From Ostrea edulis (lineage: Eukaryota): a DNA stretch of 64,000 nt. Made by a program: the position numbers and the translations under genes. Each line of letters opens with the position of its first letter. The first letter of the stretch is position 1. This document shows, in pieces, positions 25,411-38,666 of the stretch. Below the pieces are notes generated by a model. It ran no database searches. It saw only the letters and a list, made by a program, of their open reading frames with translations, and had not been told where the DNA came from. The stretch lies in the NCBI RefSeq assembly GCF_947568905.1, contig NC_079170.1:67890001-67954000 (forward strand). Direction: 5' to 3'.

Positions 25411-27399
25411 AACATTTAAACATTGGAAATGTAGATATTTCGAAATATCATTGAGAGATCTCTGGTACAATACAAGTACATGTTTCAAACTTTTTGACAT
25501 ATATACATTCATTTAGAGATACAAATGTAGTCTAGTTCAGTCCACTCTTTCCACAGTTGAGTCCCATGGCCGTTTTCTTTGGGGAAAACCGACAAAACAA
25601 CATAAATTTTATGACTTAAGAACTTTTACATTTTCTGAATTATTTTGCAGTTTGTAATTATAAAGACAAAAAATCATAAAACAATATAAGTCTAGATATT
25701 TGGCAGCATACAGAATCTTTAATCAACTGCAAAAACTTCGAGAAGTACATATAATCTGAGCAACATGTGGATTCGACTTGATGACAAGAATGCTATTTCA
25801 TACTACTTTTAAAAAAAACCAAACATATGCTTTATGAAGATGACCAATGCAAAGTTCACATTTTCATAATTATCTGCTCATTGGCGTATGTAAACATCAT
25901 ACTAAATTTTCACTTCTCCTTTGACTTCATCTAACGCGATGTACACATGTATATGTATGGAACAAATCTTTACAAAACGAGTATTTACATGGTTATTTCA
26001 AATGGAGAATACTACATGTTGGCACGAAATAGTCAGAGGATTAGTAAGTTGCAAGAAAACAATAACATTGCAAATATTTAACTTTTTAGAGATGGGGTTC
26101 ATACATGCAGATCCAAATCTTGATACATTAATTACAAAAGGAGGGGGGTGATAAGAACCGTCTCCATTGTCTCCGAGTTTTAAGTGCCTATGTTGATGTA
26201 TCCCCATATTTTTGTGCTGTCATACTTCTTGCAAAAATCCTTATTCATAAAACAACAATGGGCATTACAGAAGTAAATTTTTTGTAGGAATCAATAAATC
26301 CAATTCAAAGTATGGTCGGAAAAATGTTTTTAAAAGTTGCTACTTTCATTTTTTTTTTAAATATACACGAGGGTATGAACTGCGACACTTTACGCCTGCA
26401 TACTTCATAGAGCACATTGATTTGGTACCAATGCTATAAAATTCAAGAATATCATTAACAAATGTAAAATTCATCCACTAATGCATTTTATTTTTTTTAT
26501 CATTAGTGGACGAAATTCCAATTTCAATTTTTATCATTAGTGGACGATTCGTCTGTCCTTTAATGGAAAAGTTTTTCATTAGCGAATGATTTATCAGTAA
26601 TGGTTATGATGGTGAATCATTAATGATATATGTTTTGCATTAGCGAACCCAAATGCATCTGTTAATGCAAATTTTATCATTAGTGGATTTTATATCATTA
26701 ATGGTTGCTACAATGGTGTCATCATTCTCATAGGCAAGTGATACTTAAATTCTATTTCTTTTCCTATCTGCAGACAATACAGTAAGGCTATTTCATAAAA
26801 TGAAGAAACGAATCATTATTTAATCAAATGTCTATATTCAATCAATTTAAGAAAGCGATAATAATCTCTACAATCGCAAAAAAAAAAGCATGTAACAAAA
26901 GTTTCTTTTTAAAACAGCCGTTACTTTTAAGTTTCAAATCTCTGTTGTATCTAAATTCTGATCTGAATTACAGTAAAACAAAGATGAATATGTTCTAGAA
27001 AATATCTGACATACCATAACCTTGCTATGTCAAAGTTTTACAGTGAACAGTTGGTCAAGCCATGGTTCAGAGGGTCAAACTCAAACAACATGTACATGGC
27101 AATATATTAACTTTTGAAGGATCCATAGATTCAATATATAACAAAGTAAAATAATCAGATGCAGGATGATTTTTTGGCTCAGAAAAGAGACTTGTATGAT
27201 AACCAAGGATCCAAGATTTTTGTCAAAATTTGGATGGGTGGGTGGGGGCTGGGAACAACCCAATAGGGCACAATCTTAGACCTCATTTAATTGGTTGCAA
27301 CACATGGATAAAAAAAGAAAGAGTTACGATGGGCGATCTGAATAGTAATCAAATTTCTGGACCATTCATGTTCATAAAAATAACTTGGGACTGGGGAGG

Positions 27400-28030
27400 A
27401 GGCGGAGGTAGATGACGCATCTTTTATCAGTTTAATAGTGTCCAGTACTCCTATCAATTTCTCTTGACACAGAATCAACTAAAGAATACACCGATTTTAA
27501 AAGTATGAATTTTCACCATAAATGATGATCAAAAGAGCCCTACCCAATTGCAACAACCACCATGCCATAATCTTAAAAACATTGATACATTTTCACTATT
27601 TATTTACAAGTAATAGAGCCACATCCTTACACCAGAACCAGAGGTCTCCTAGCCCGTCACAACCATGTGCCTAATTTAGCAGGAAAATTGCACAGGAGTA
27701 GAGAAGAGGAATTTCAAAGATTTAAGGCATTTTCAGCAAAGGACCCAGGGGTCATGGGAAGAGGCCTTCTTGTTCATCTTATCAATTAACTTAGTTTTTC
27801 TGCTAAATACTCAGGAGTAAAGGGGGATGTTTTTGAAGAAAATTTACAGCTTTTATCAAAAATCTAAGCCCCTGGGAGGTGGGGGTCATGAATGTTGACC
27901 TTTCCTTACAGATGTTAAACCAAATCTAGTCAAGATTGGCTTAGTATTTTCAGGGAATTTAAAAATGTTCAAAGTTTACTAACAATGGATGACAACAGAC
28001 AACCACGGATAGCAATAGGTCACCTTTCAA
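27400..28030 (+). mobile_element. Degenerate Helentron non-autonomous element (HINE) with Cg170-like monomers
   Basis: ggggtcatg(aa) cores and a gacaaccacggatagcaataggtcacct 3' module. Confidence 0.45.
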
Positions 28031-28891
28031 AAAATATTTCTTTTTAGCAAATATTTTCTAGACTTAAGATACACAAAAACTGGAATTAAGTCCGTCAAAC
28101 ACATATGCCCTACTTTTAATTTGTTGAACTACACAATGAAAGCGAGACAAGGTCACAAACTTTGTGCATGGTTAGAATGCTCTTAACAATGTGGATACAA
28201 ACAAAACTAGGTTAAATGGATCCAAAATTAATAACTGCTTTCAAAAATTGACTTAAAAAATGCAATCAGGAATTGCTAAGTCAAACGTCAAGCCCAAGTT
28301 AGCACAGTTAAAATGCTTTCTCTATAAAGATATAATTCTTATTTCAGAAATAATCATAGTATTTCAAAAATACGATGAAACACTAAATAGGACAAGCAAG
28401 GTAACTATAAGAGAAAGAACAATGTCATTTAACTCCCCCAACCATGAATTATTTCATTTACTCTTTGAATAAAACTGTCCGATAAATATGAATGCAAAAG
28501 CTGCTGTCAGTTTAAAATATTCAAAAAAGCTTATTTCAAAATCAATAAGTGAGAAGCCAATGTAATAAAAAGAATCTTAAAAAAATATTTAATACACTAT
28601 AGATCTGGTCTCACTAACAGGAACCTTTGTGTTAAGTTTATGAAAAATTATAGTACAATTTCTTTGTAACTGAGTTGAACACAAAATGAAATAGAAGAAT
28701 GCAAGACAATCATGATGAAAACTATGTCCTTTCACTTACAGCTTACATCCTGTGTATTTGTCGTTATTGATTATTAATCTGAATGAGTTTATCTGTTCAG
28801 ATTTTTTTTTATGTCACTAGCCTAAGTATACAGTGTAAGTATGCTGGAGAAAAATCTGTCCTGGCCTTTTGTATGACTTTTCCTTCAGAAT

Positions 28892-29110
28892 TCACTTCTT
28901 CTTGCCAAAGCTGCAGAGAAAATTATTTACTTTCTTTTTTATGGTCTCCCAATTTCGTAGGTGAATACATCCTTCATTTTGTCCTGCTGAATTCAATTGC
29001 TCTTTGGCACTCCGCTCTACTTGGGCAAGTTTTCTTTTTACCATCAAAGTATTCCTCAAAATATTTTCTCATTTCTTCTTCTTCCTCTTTAGTCCATGCC
29101 TTTCTTGTAC
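28892..29110 (-). pseudogene. YR-like gene last exon, Myb/SANT-like helix
   Basis: RKAWTKEEEEEMRKYFEEYF...CPSRAECQRAI...RNWETIKKKVNN...*. One extra base in a homopolymer near 28977-28980. Confidence 0.7.
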
Positions 29111-30654
29111 CTAAATGGTAATGATATTTTAAATGCATTTAAGTTTTTTTTTAAAATGACAACATTCGCTTACAATGTACATGTACTTCATTTAAAATCT
29201 CCATGAATCTTTTTCCACCAGTAAATTTAATCTGAACTAATCTGCAATTTGGCACTTGGCCAACAGAATACTCAATGCATCTTGACATGAGCAGCAAGAA
29301 AATATATAGTTAGGGGTGGGGATTAAAGTTTTTTTTTCAAGATATTTGACCAATTAAATAATTAGGTTGTAGGGGATGACCCCGGGGTACTTGCCGGACA
29401 TAAGAATCAATGCATCTTGACATGAGCAGTAAGAATATATATGGTTTAGGGGTGGCAACTCAGTTCTAATTCAATCATTGTACACATGGCACAAGGAATG
29501 TGTTGTTAACATGTACATGTTGACTTGACTTACTCCCTTTATTTGTTAATTTGTAACTATTATCCAGGTAATATAAAATATTTAGATATTTACTTGATTA
29601 TTTTTTTCCTATTCGACTTTTAATCATACAGGTGTGTCTTTAAAAAAAATTACGATAATATGATGATCTATGAAAAAGAATTATTTCAAATTATAATCAC
29701 CATAATCTTTTAAGCACGTTTATGAATTATAAATGTTTTGTTTTCCACTATAGTCACTTTATAATTTATTAGCAATTTGTTCATGTTTATTTCATTTCAA
29801 TCGTTCGTAAACATTTAGAGTAAACATACAAACAATAATCGTATTTATTTATTTATTATTGTTACTAGTATTATCTTTGCGAAATTATACAAGAATATAT
29901 CTGTTTAATGTGTTTAATGCATTGGAATTTGTGTTTTGAACTTTCTATGCCTTGATTTGTTTTAAATAGCCTTGATCAATTGAAACATTTATGTACCATA
30001 CATAATATAGTTTGAAGGAGAAGCCTTTATCATCAATTCACAGGTATAGGTAATCATCCACCTGTTACAGGAATATTTGGGTGGAAAGGGTAATGGAAAA
30101 ATAAAATTAGAATTTTTTTTATCTCAAATTGTGACCATGCCCCTTTAATATTAAACTATGCCAAAACATCATGTTAGCGAAATATATCCTATCTACTGGC
30201 CTCTCCTGGTATTCATTCGAAATTTACTGTAACAAGTATGTGGTTTTTATGTCTATTTTTTATTTGTTTTTATCTATTTTTTATTCAAAAGTGTACAATA
30301 CCAATTAAAAGCACAATACAATTTTTAACGCATACATTATCATACATTAAAGTTTCTTGTATATTTTTCTTTCTTCAAATGATCCATCAACTACTTTATT
30401 TACAGTGATTACTTATGAGAGATGAATACACAATGGGGATTAACTCTTTTCAAAGTTGAGTAAAAATCATAAGAATTTAAAGTCCAAAGGCCACATTTCT
30501 GCTGAGAGAAGATGAGTATATGTGTAAACTCTGTAAGTTATCAATACAAGACCATGTACTAAAAATCAACTCAATATCTGTGATCAAAAATATTTTTAAT
30601 TTTTTATTTTGTCTTGGGGGGGTATGGTTGATAACACATCCAATAGCTATAAAA

Positions 30655-31790
30655 AATTTAAATACAAAAACCCCTGACCCAGCGTAGGGGTCATGAATTT
30701 TGCGATTTTCCTTACTTATCCTAACCTTGCACTCAGTTTGCCCGCTAGATGTCCTGTGGTAAAGAAGTTTTTAAAGCATTAATGCATTTTCCCTAGATGA
30801 CCTATATATCCCAGACCCAGAACCCCCCATCCTGGGGCCACGAATTTCACAATTTTGGTAAAGGCACCTTTGTTCATCATAACCATGTACTAAGTTTGTC
30901 GGCTAGATGCCCAGTAGTAGGGGAGGTGATTTTTAGAGCCCCGCCTTAACACTAGAAACCCTGACCAAGGGTTGATCCATGAATTTCACAATTTTAGTAT
31001 AGGCTTCAATGCTCACCCTAACCATGCACTCAGTTTGCCTGCAAGATGCCCAGTAGTAGAGAATGTTTGCAGAATTAATGCATTTCACTATATGATCAAT
31101 AGAGCCCTGCTCAAACACCAGAACCCCTGACCCTGGGGCCATGAATTTCACAATTTGGGTAGAGGCACCATTGCTCATCATATCCATGTACTTAGTTTGT
31201 CTGCTTGATGCCCAGTGGTAGAGGAGATGATTTTTAAAGAATTGTATGACCAATAGAGCCCACCCTAACACCAGAACCCATAGACCATTTTCATTTCATT
31301 GGTGTTCCGAAGACCCCCACCTATCCTGGGGGCTTAACTTGCATATCATTTACTCAAGAATATTACATGTTATTACTATATACTCTGTCTGCTAGAAAGC
31401 AAGTAATAGTAAAGTTTTGAAAAATTAATGCATTTCACCAAATGACCAATAAAGCCCTGCCCTAGCACCAGAGCCTTTGATCCTGGGGTCATGAAATTTA
31501 CAATTTTGATATACGCTCCCCTGCCCATCATTATTACATACTCAGTTTGACTACTTGATGCCCAAGAGTATATAAGAAGACTTTTAAAAATTGCATTAAT
31601 TTTTACAGTTTTTACCCAGAATTTAAAGCCATAGGGGTGTGTGGTCATAAAATTTGCGTTCCCTTTCCCATGCAGATGCTACATACCAAATTTGGAGATT
31701 GGCTAAGCAGTATTTGAGAAGAAGTTAATAGTGTTTAAATGTTAACGCACAATGACAGAAGACGAATGATTGAATAGGTCATCTGAGTAA
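30655..31790 (+). mobile_element. HINE with about 6 Cg170-like monomers of roughly 166 bp
   Basis: Repeated aacccctgacc..ggggtcatgaatttcacaattttggtagaggc...cagtttg...tagagaagaagat units ending in a gacagaagacg...aataggtcatctgagt module. Confidence 0.7.
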
Positions 31791-31815
31791 TTCTCTTCTC
31801 AATTATACGACTTAC

Positions 31816-32077
31816 TCTTCTTAGGTTTCTTTCTCGTTACTAATACATCTTCTTCAATGTTCAACGTGTTTAGTGCCATGTCATCAAGAGCTAGACCTGT
31901 ATCTGGTAAAAAAAAAATAATATAAATAAATGCTTAAACCTGCTCTCAGAGAATTGCAGCCTTGAGGTGACTTAAAAAATATATTTCAAATCTTCCTAGT
32001 ACCTTCTACTGAAGGAGCTTCTTCTTCTCTATGGGCTTCTCCTTCTCTGAGGGCAATGTCTTCATTATCAATAATGT
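31816..32077 (-). pseudogene. YR-like gene, two small acidic exons (32003-32077 and 31816-31902)
   Basis: DIIDNEDIALREGEAHREEEAPSVE and DTGLALDDMALNTLNIEEDVLVTRKKPKK. 75 and 87 nt, both phase 1 to 1, AG/GT boundaries. Confidence 0.7.
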
Positions 32078-32139
32078 CTGAAAAAGAAGGATTGAAAATT
32101 ACAGAAACAGCAATATCAAAATTTTAATTGAGACTAAAT

Positions 32140-32730
32140 GAATACCCTCGCAAGCGCGGGAAATCACACTGTTCAGTTGTTAAGAAATTTAATCACTGAC
32201 CATTTTGGCCCCACCCTAATACCAAAACCCCATCCCCTGGGATCATCAAATTTACAATTTTGGTAAAGGGCTACCTGGTCATTCTAAATACATGTATCTG
32301 TTTAGCTTCAATTTAGTATCAATAGCATTAAAGAAGATGTCTTCTTTTAAAATTCTTTTTACACATAAATACTATATATCAAGTTTGGCCCCACCCTGGA
32401 GTCAGAATCTCTACCCCGGGGATCTTGAAATTTACAATTTTGGTAGAAGCCTTCCTGCTCTACATCACTATGCATTTAGTTTTTCTTATACATGTGCGGT
32501 TCTAGAGAAGAAGATTTTTGAAAACTGGTCACTTATTGGCAGTTTTTGCCCCACCCCTAACGCCCCAGGAGTATAGGAGTCCTGAAATTTACAATTTATC
32601 TCTGCTTTGTCCCAAAGATGCTTCATACCAAATTTGAAAAGAATTGGAATGTTAGTTATCAAGAAGTTAAAAATGTTCAATTGTTAACACACGAGGGAGG
32701 ACACAGACCAATTGCAAATCTAATAATTTT
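32140..32730 (+). mobile_element. HINE / Cg170-like satellite module
   Basis: ttttggccccaccct...gggatc(a/t)t(c/g)aaatttacaattttggta units, followed by a ttcataccaaatttgaaaagaattgg 3' block. Confidence 0.65.
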
Positions 32731-33446
32731 AATCCAATACATTTTGGGGGGGGGTGAACATGTTAGGATGATGGAAAACAGAAACTACATCGTCCTAAGT
32801 GAGCGTAGCGAGCCAAAAAAAAGAAAAGAAAAGAAAATTAATTTTCGACAAATTTATTGGAATTTATAGGGCTAATATAGGGAATATGCCATTTTCATGC
32901 AAAGATATAGGGATTATAGGAGGTTATCAAATATATAGGGATTTTATAGGAAATATAGGGCCGCTTGAAGGCCTGGCTACTTGAGCATCTTCTGGAAATT
33001 TCCATCAAAACTAAAATCGCAGATTGAAGAAACGAATTGCATGTTGCATTTTATCTAATTAACAATTATCACATCCTAATTCCTATATATACTTTAAATC
33101 AATTTCCTATTAATATATTGACTATTAACGGATTTATTTAATACTATGTTATTTTTTGCTGCCATTTTCATAAAAACTCCTAATGACGTAGATCCGCCAA
33201 AACGTGCTATTTCGGGTTAGTTTATCGTAAATGAAAGTAGGTTTTAAATTAATTTCACAATAATTGCTGATCAGTAAAAATCAATTATAGTTTACGGACA
33301 TCATCTCAAATGTGATGCAATATTAAAGGTGCAAGCAGTAACTCTGGTGCAAGCATTTCGTAGTTTATTAAAAAAAAATTCATTTATAAGTATAGATAAT
33401 AATCAGTTTTGCTTAATTCCCACAGAAAAGTCTACAAGGTACTTGC

Positions 33447-33634
33447 CTTCAAAAGTAATATCTTTTAAACTTTTCCCATGGAACTTCCCAACTACATTAC
33501 ATTCCTGCATAACCATAAGTTTGGCAATTTCGAGTCTTTCTATTAGATCTGATGTGCTGCGATAATGTAGTTCACGAACTTGCATTGTGTGTCCCATGTG
33601 TCTACACAAGTACTTAAGTTCATGATCCTTGAGC
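33447..33634 (-). pseudogene. YR-like gene exon with the catalytic GH...Y region
   Basis: LKDHELKYLCRHMGHTMQVRELHYRSTSDLIERLEIAKLM...ITFE. Phase 2 to 1, donor AG|GCAAGT (GC-AG intron). Confidence 0.8.
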
Positions 33635-33918
33635 CTAATAACCTAATAATGACAAAGTACAATACAATTTTAAAATGATCATCATTTTAAAACAACAAAT
33701 TACCACAAAATGCAACTTAAGCTTCTTACCACCAGGACATTGCAAGAGTTAACTGTGTCGATTATAAAGATTACAAGCTAAAAGTGTCTATCAATAAGTA
33801 GGAAATAGGTAGTCTACAAATAAAGAGTTAAATGTGTCCATCTATTATACGGTAAGATTAGGAGCTGTAAGTGTCCATCAGTTAGGAGGATTGTGTCCCT
33901 GAATTGCTACATGTAACT

Positions 33919-33920
<2 letters not shown>

Positions 33921-33955
<35 letters not shown>

Positions 33956-34565
33956 TCACCTTGGTCCATATTTAAAGATTTTCCCTACATATTCGCATGT
34001 AAAACTTTGATCCCTATTATGGCCCCAACCTACAATCTTGAATCTGTACTATGTCAGAAAGCTTTCATGTAAATGTAAAATTTTCTGGCCCAGTGGTTCT
34101 TGAGAAGATTTTTAAAGATTTTCATTATATATTTGTATGTAAAACTTTGATCCCCTATTGTGGCCCCACCCTACCTCCGGGGGCCGTGATGTTAACAAAC
34201 TTGAATCTGCACTATGTCAGGAAGCTTTTAAGTAAACGTAAACTTCTCTGGCCCAATGTTTTAAAGACTCCCCCTATATATTTCGATGTAAAACTTTGAT
34301 CCCCTATTGTGGCCCAACCCTACCCCTGGGGGCCATGGTTTTAACAAATTTGAATCTGCATCATATCAGGAAGCTTTCATGTAAATGTAAACTTTTCTGG
34401 CTCATTGGTTCTTGAGAAGAAGATTTTAAAGATTTTCCCTATATATTCCCATGTAAATCTTTGATCCAGTGTTGTGGCCCCACCCTACCCTTGGGGGCCA
34501 TGGTTTTAACAAACGTAAATCTGCACTATGTCAGGAAGCTTTCATGTAAATATAAACTCTTCTGG
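33921..34565 (+). mobile_element. HINE with Cg170-type monomers, 3'-truncated
   Basis: 5' module aacaagaggcccatgggccacatcgctcacctgag, then about 4 units of aaactttgatcccctattgtggcccc...ttgaatctgcactatgtcaggaagctttcatg. Confidence 0.8.
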
Positions 34566-34579
34566 TCCAAGTTTTAAAC

Positions 34580-34945
34580 GCGACCTTTCAAGTATGAATA
34601 AACATACAAATTCTGGCCAATTAGATTCGAGCTTCCATACACAAGTCTAAAAGAAGTTCTACGGCTTCACCTCTTAAAAGTATGATGCCCTACTGTCTGT
34701 TTTATGTTGATTGAAGTTTTTCTTGCTAAAATTGTGCATCAAGTCCGTTCAATAGGCCATTCTTTCATGCGAACAACAAAAACAAACTACCATCGACACG
34801 TTTCTAGATAGCATGCACCTCGCCTGGATTTGTTTACTACACGAAACACCTCGGGCTTTTATGTCAGTCTGTGAAAAAGAAACACGTCCGAACTACCAGC
34901 CAAGATTTCGGCAGCAGCAATCTTATTGGTTAATTGAAAGGTCGC
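34580..34945. mobile_element. Possible MITE
   Basis: Perfect 12-bp inverted repeat gcgacctttcaa / ttgaaaggtcgc. Confidence 0.4.
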
Positions 34946-35121
34946 TCTGAGGTGACCCTGTACGGAATGTTGTTAGATCCTCACAGCAACATATTAAAAA
35001 TATGGGAGCGTAAAGGATTTAATTTTAATTAAATTGATTGATTTCAGCTCTTTCAAGAACTAGTTTATTAATATCCTCAATCAAAATGAATTGCATTTAA
35101 ACATGTTTTATGACATCTTAC

Positions 35122-35245
35122 CAGTATTTGCAAAGAGAAAAGGATTTCCCTCTTTTATACCAGCCTGTTTGCGTACTTCATTTGCAAGATATTGCATGCT
35201 AGGGATGACCTCCTTCGGACATATGACTGGTACTCTGGTCCCATT
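35122..35245 (-). pseudogene. YR-like gene exon (RVPV / LFA region)
   Basis: NGTRVPVICPKEVIPSMQYLANEVRKQAGIKEGNPFLFANT. 124 nt, phase 0 to 1. Confidence 0.8.
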
Positions 35246-36059
35246 CTGACAAAAAGAGACAAACTATTTAATTTTTCTGAATCACGGAAAATTGGCTACA
35301 TCTTCTCACTAAAAAGCTCAATAAAGTTGTATGGTATTCACTACATAGGTCAATATCACTTGCCAGAGACACAATAAAATGAAAACCTAAACATTTCACT
35401 AAAAAATGATTTCTTGTTTTCAATTCTTTTTAAATTCTTTGAAATGGTATTAAAATTCAAACTAAAATTAACAAGCGGAGGATCCCCTCGCAACAGGAAA
35501 TGTTTTTCCAATGTGTTGCAATATACACACTTACAGAGTTAGCTCACCTTTCACCAGATATACTGTAAAATTTGGTCTTTCCTTGAATGTCAATACATTG
35601 AGCAAAGTTAACTGGTTCATATATTGTTTTGTATTGTTAACTTGCACATAAGATTTAAGTTGTATCAACTGGATAATATTGGATATATTGAGAAAAAATT
35701 CACCGATAACTTTGGAAATGAATTGGATTTGACTTACTACAATGCTTAAGAAGTACGCACAGTTTGATGATTCTAGGTAGTAAAGCTTTCTTTCAATCAT
35801 ACTCACAAGTTTTTGTACACTAGTATACCCACACACTTTCATACACATAGCGATGCTATATCCACTTCTCAACAAGTTGCAAAAAGAGATAATAAGACTT
35901 GCAGTACTGCCAAATACTTTAAAATATCCCACTTGGCATTTAGCTAGTTATAATGATTTAACATTATCACAGTAACACAGGTTTCAGGTTGTGAATCTAA
36001 ATACTTACATGTACTTGTATCTTAACAAATATTAAATATATTGTCTCTAAGATGCTCAC

Positions 36060-36183
36060 CTTTCCACGGATTTCAACTAACTCTTGATTTTCTAGCATTT
36101 CCTTTTCCAATTTTGTTAACTTTTCTCTGAGAGAAAGATCGGTTTCTGTGACTCCTTTTGATCTATTTATGTAACACTGCAGG
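36060..36183 (-). pseudogene. YR-like gene exon ending VEIRGK
   Basis: LQCYINRSKGVTETDLSLREKLTKLEKEMLENQELVEIRGK. 124 nt, phase 2 to 0, GTGAG donor. Confidence 0.8.
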
Positions 36184-36350
36184 CTAAAAAGAGAAACAAA
36201 AAATTTTGCATGTAGTCTACCAACCTTACCTGTACAGTAACATATAATGCTCTTGCAAGATGGAGCCATAAAAATAAGATTGACATCATAGACTTAAAAG
36301 CCTAATTTTTTGTTAAAAACAGAAATTCAATTATATGGAACTTGTCTTAC

Positions 36351-38666
36351 CTCAGAGCTTCTAGTTCTCCTGGTCTCCTGCGGTTGTATAACAGAAGACG
36401 TGCTTCCACTAACATGACAATGCGTCTGAACATCAAGCCACTGACAGCAGTGTAAGTTAAATCTAGAGATTCCAAGTTTTCCACTTGGTAAGAAGATAAC
36501 TTGACTATGTCTTCAGGGTGAGGGAGCTCTTTTTTCCTATTAAACATTCGCTCTGACAAAGTAGATCTTGCAATCTTGTTAACTTTGAAACTCCATTCCT
36601 TACTCATGGGAAACATGAATTCTTCTCCCTCTTTCTTCATTACTTTGTCTTGTGTTTTAATGGAAATTCCTACTTTTAAAGATGCCATTCTCATGAGATC
36701 GAAACCTGTTTTGACAGCTGTGCTTGGATGCTGGAGTTCACCATCTTCATTATCATTGCAAATTTGAAGCGCTATTTCTACTACTTTGTCAAAGTTGCCT
36801 GGACTGAACATTTCACTCATTGAAATGTCCATTCTTTCCACTGAATTTCTGAATGCCAATAGGAGGCGGGCTGCCAACCTCATGTGAAAACTTGCGTAGT
36901 ATTTTCTTTTTCTTTTATTGTCATTGTTTTTCATAAACCAAACATCTCCTAATAGTGGATCGGCCATACAAATCTCTGCAATTTTGTCCTTTTTCATTGA
37001 AGGGAACACTTCTTTAACAATCCTTTTGGACCCTGTAGGTTTTACTTTCCCCGTTATGATTCCTACTTGTATCATTGTGTAACCTTTGTGGTAGTCTTCA
37101 CTTCTCACTGGGCATGTTATGAAGGTGATCACCCACGTTTCGTAGCAATTTCATATCTGAAGTCAGCCTTCTCTCCAACTCTTTAATTTCCTCCTGATTC
37201 GTGTCCTTCATCTTACAGTCTCTCAGCTCTTTAATGGCTTTCACCTTGTCATGGTTTAAATGTCTACGTTCAAGATGACTTTGTATGTTGGTGAATATTT
37301 CATGACAGTAAAAACATGCATGCACACAATCATATACCCTATTGTGCTTGGAGTTTGCATTCTCCTTTTTTAATCCCTTAATGAAAACATTTGGAAACTT
37401 TTTATCAAACAGACAATCATTTTCGTCAAGTTCTCTCTTGCATGGTGGGTTGTCCAAGTTTAAATAACCATCTTCTGATGTAGTGATTTTCTTTTCCAAA
37501 ACGGATACACAATCAGACCCTCTCTTGCCTGGTTGGTCATCTGATCCAATACAGTTCTTATCCAATCCTGAAGCACTGTCTGAAAAGTTGTCTATATTCA
37601 AATATCCATCATCTGTTCTAGTAATGTTCTTTTTTAATCCTGCAACATGATTCTGTGACTTTACGACTTTTTCAACATTTTCAACATCAGTGATTGAGTC
37701 ACTGTCACTTCCATCAGTTCCTTCGCTTTCTACAATATAGTCAGGATCATTGAAATCATCAAAATCCTCAAAGTCGCTGTCGCCCTTCAACTGCTGACCT
37801 CCGTAAATTTCTAAAAGATCTCTGTCACTCTCTGGACAATTTTGCTGACACCCGTCTAGCTCTGGACAGTCTCGGTAACTCTCTGTACATTTCTGCTGAC
37901 CTCCCTCTTGTTCTGGACTGTCTCGGTCACTCTCTAGATGCTTCTGCTGACATCCATCAATTTCTGGACAGTCTCGGTCACTCTCTGGACAGTTCTGTTG
38001 ACATCCGTCTAGTTCTGGACAGTCTTCGTCACTCTCTTGACAGTTCTGTTGACCTCCATCTAGTTCTGGACAGTCTCCGTCATTCTCTGGACCGTTCTGC
38101 TGACACCCGTCTAGTTCTGGACAGTCTCAGTCACTCTCTGGACAGTTCTACTTACCTCCGTCTAGTTTTGGACAGTCTCGGTCACTCTTTGGACCGTTCT
38201 GTTGACCTCCGTCTAGTTCTGGACAGTCTCAGTCACTCTCTGGACAGTTCTGCTGACCTCCCTCTTGTTCTGCACAGTCTCAGTCACTCTCTGGACAGTT
38301 CTGCTGACCTCCCTCTTGTTCTGCACAGTCTCAGTCACTCTCTGGACAGTTCTGTTGACATCCGTCTAGTTCTGGACAGTCTCCGTCACTCTCTTGACAG
38401 TTCTGTTGACCTCCATCTAGTTCTGGACAGTCTCGGTCACTCTCTGGACAGTTGTGTTGACTTCAGTCTAGTTCTGAACAGTCTCCGTCACTCTCTGGAC
38501 GTTTCTGCTGACATCCATCCATTTCTGGACAATCTCGGTCACTCTCTGGACAGTTCTGTTGACCTTCGTTACTTTCTGGACAGTCTCTATTACTCTCTGG
38601 GCAGTTCTCCTGCTGACCACCAATTATATAACTCATCTGCTGATCTGCATACTCGATCCAATGCTC
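36351..38666 (-). pseudogene. YR-like gene large exon: 17-aa repeats, acidic region, CxxC...H...H finger, helical domain, box I
   Basis: HACFYCHEIFTNIQSHLERRH, LLRNVGDHLHN, frame break near 37110, then ...LLLYNRRRPGELEAL|GTAAG. Confidence 0.75.
37790..38600 (-). repeat. 51-bp coding minisatellite (about 15-16 units of QQNCPESDRDCPELDGG)
   Basis: Period of 51 bp, in frame with the downstream acidic ORF (37098-37790). One TAG near 38149. Confidence 0.85.

Noticed and set aside
35531-35932. 133-aa minus-strand ORF as an extra YR exon
   Set aside because: The flanking exons (36060 and 35245) already join in phase as RGK|NG. No motif was recognised.
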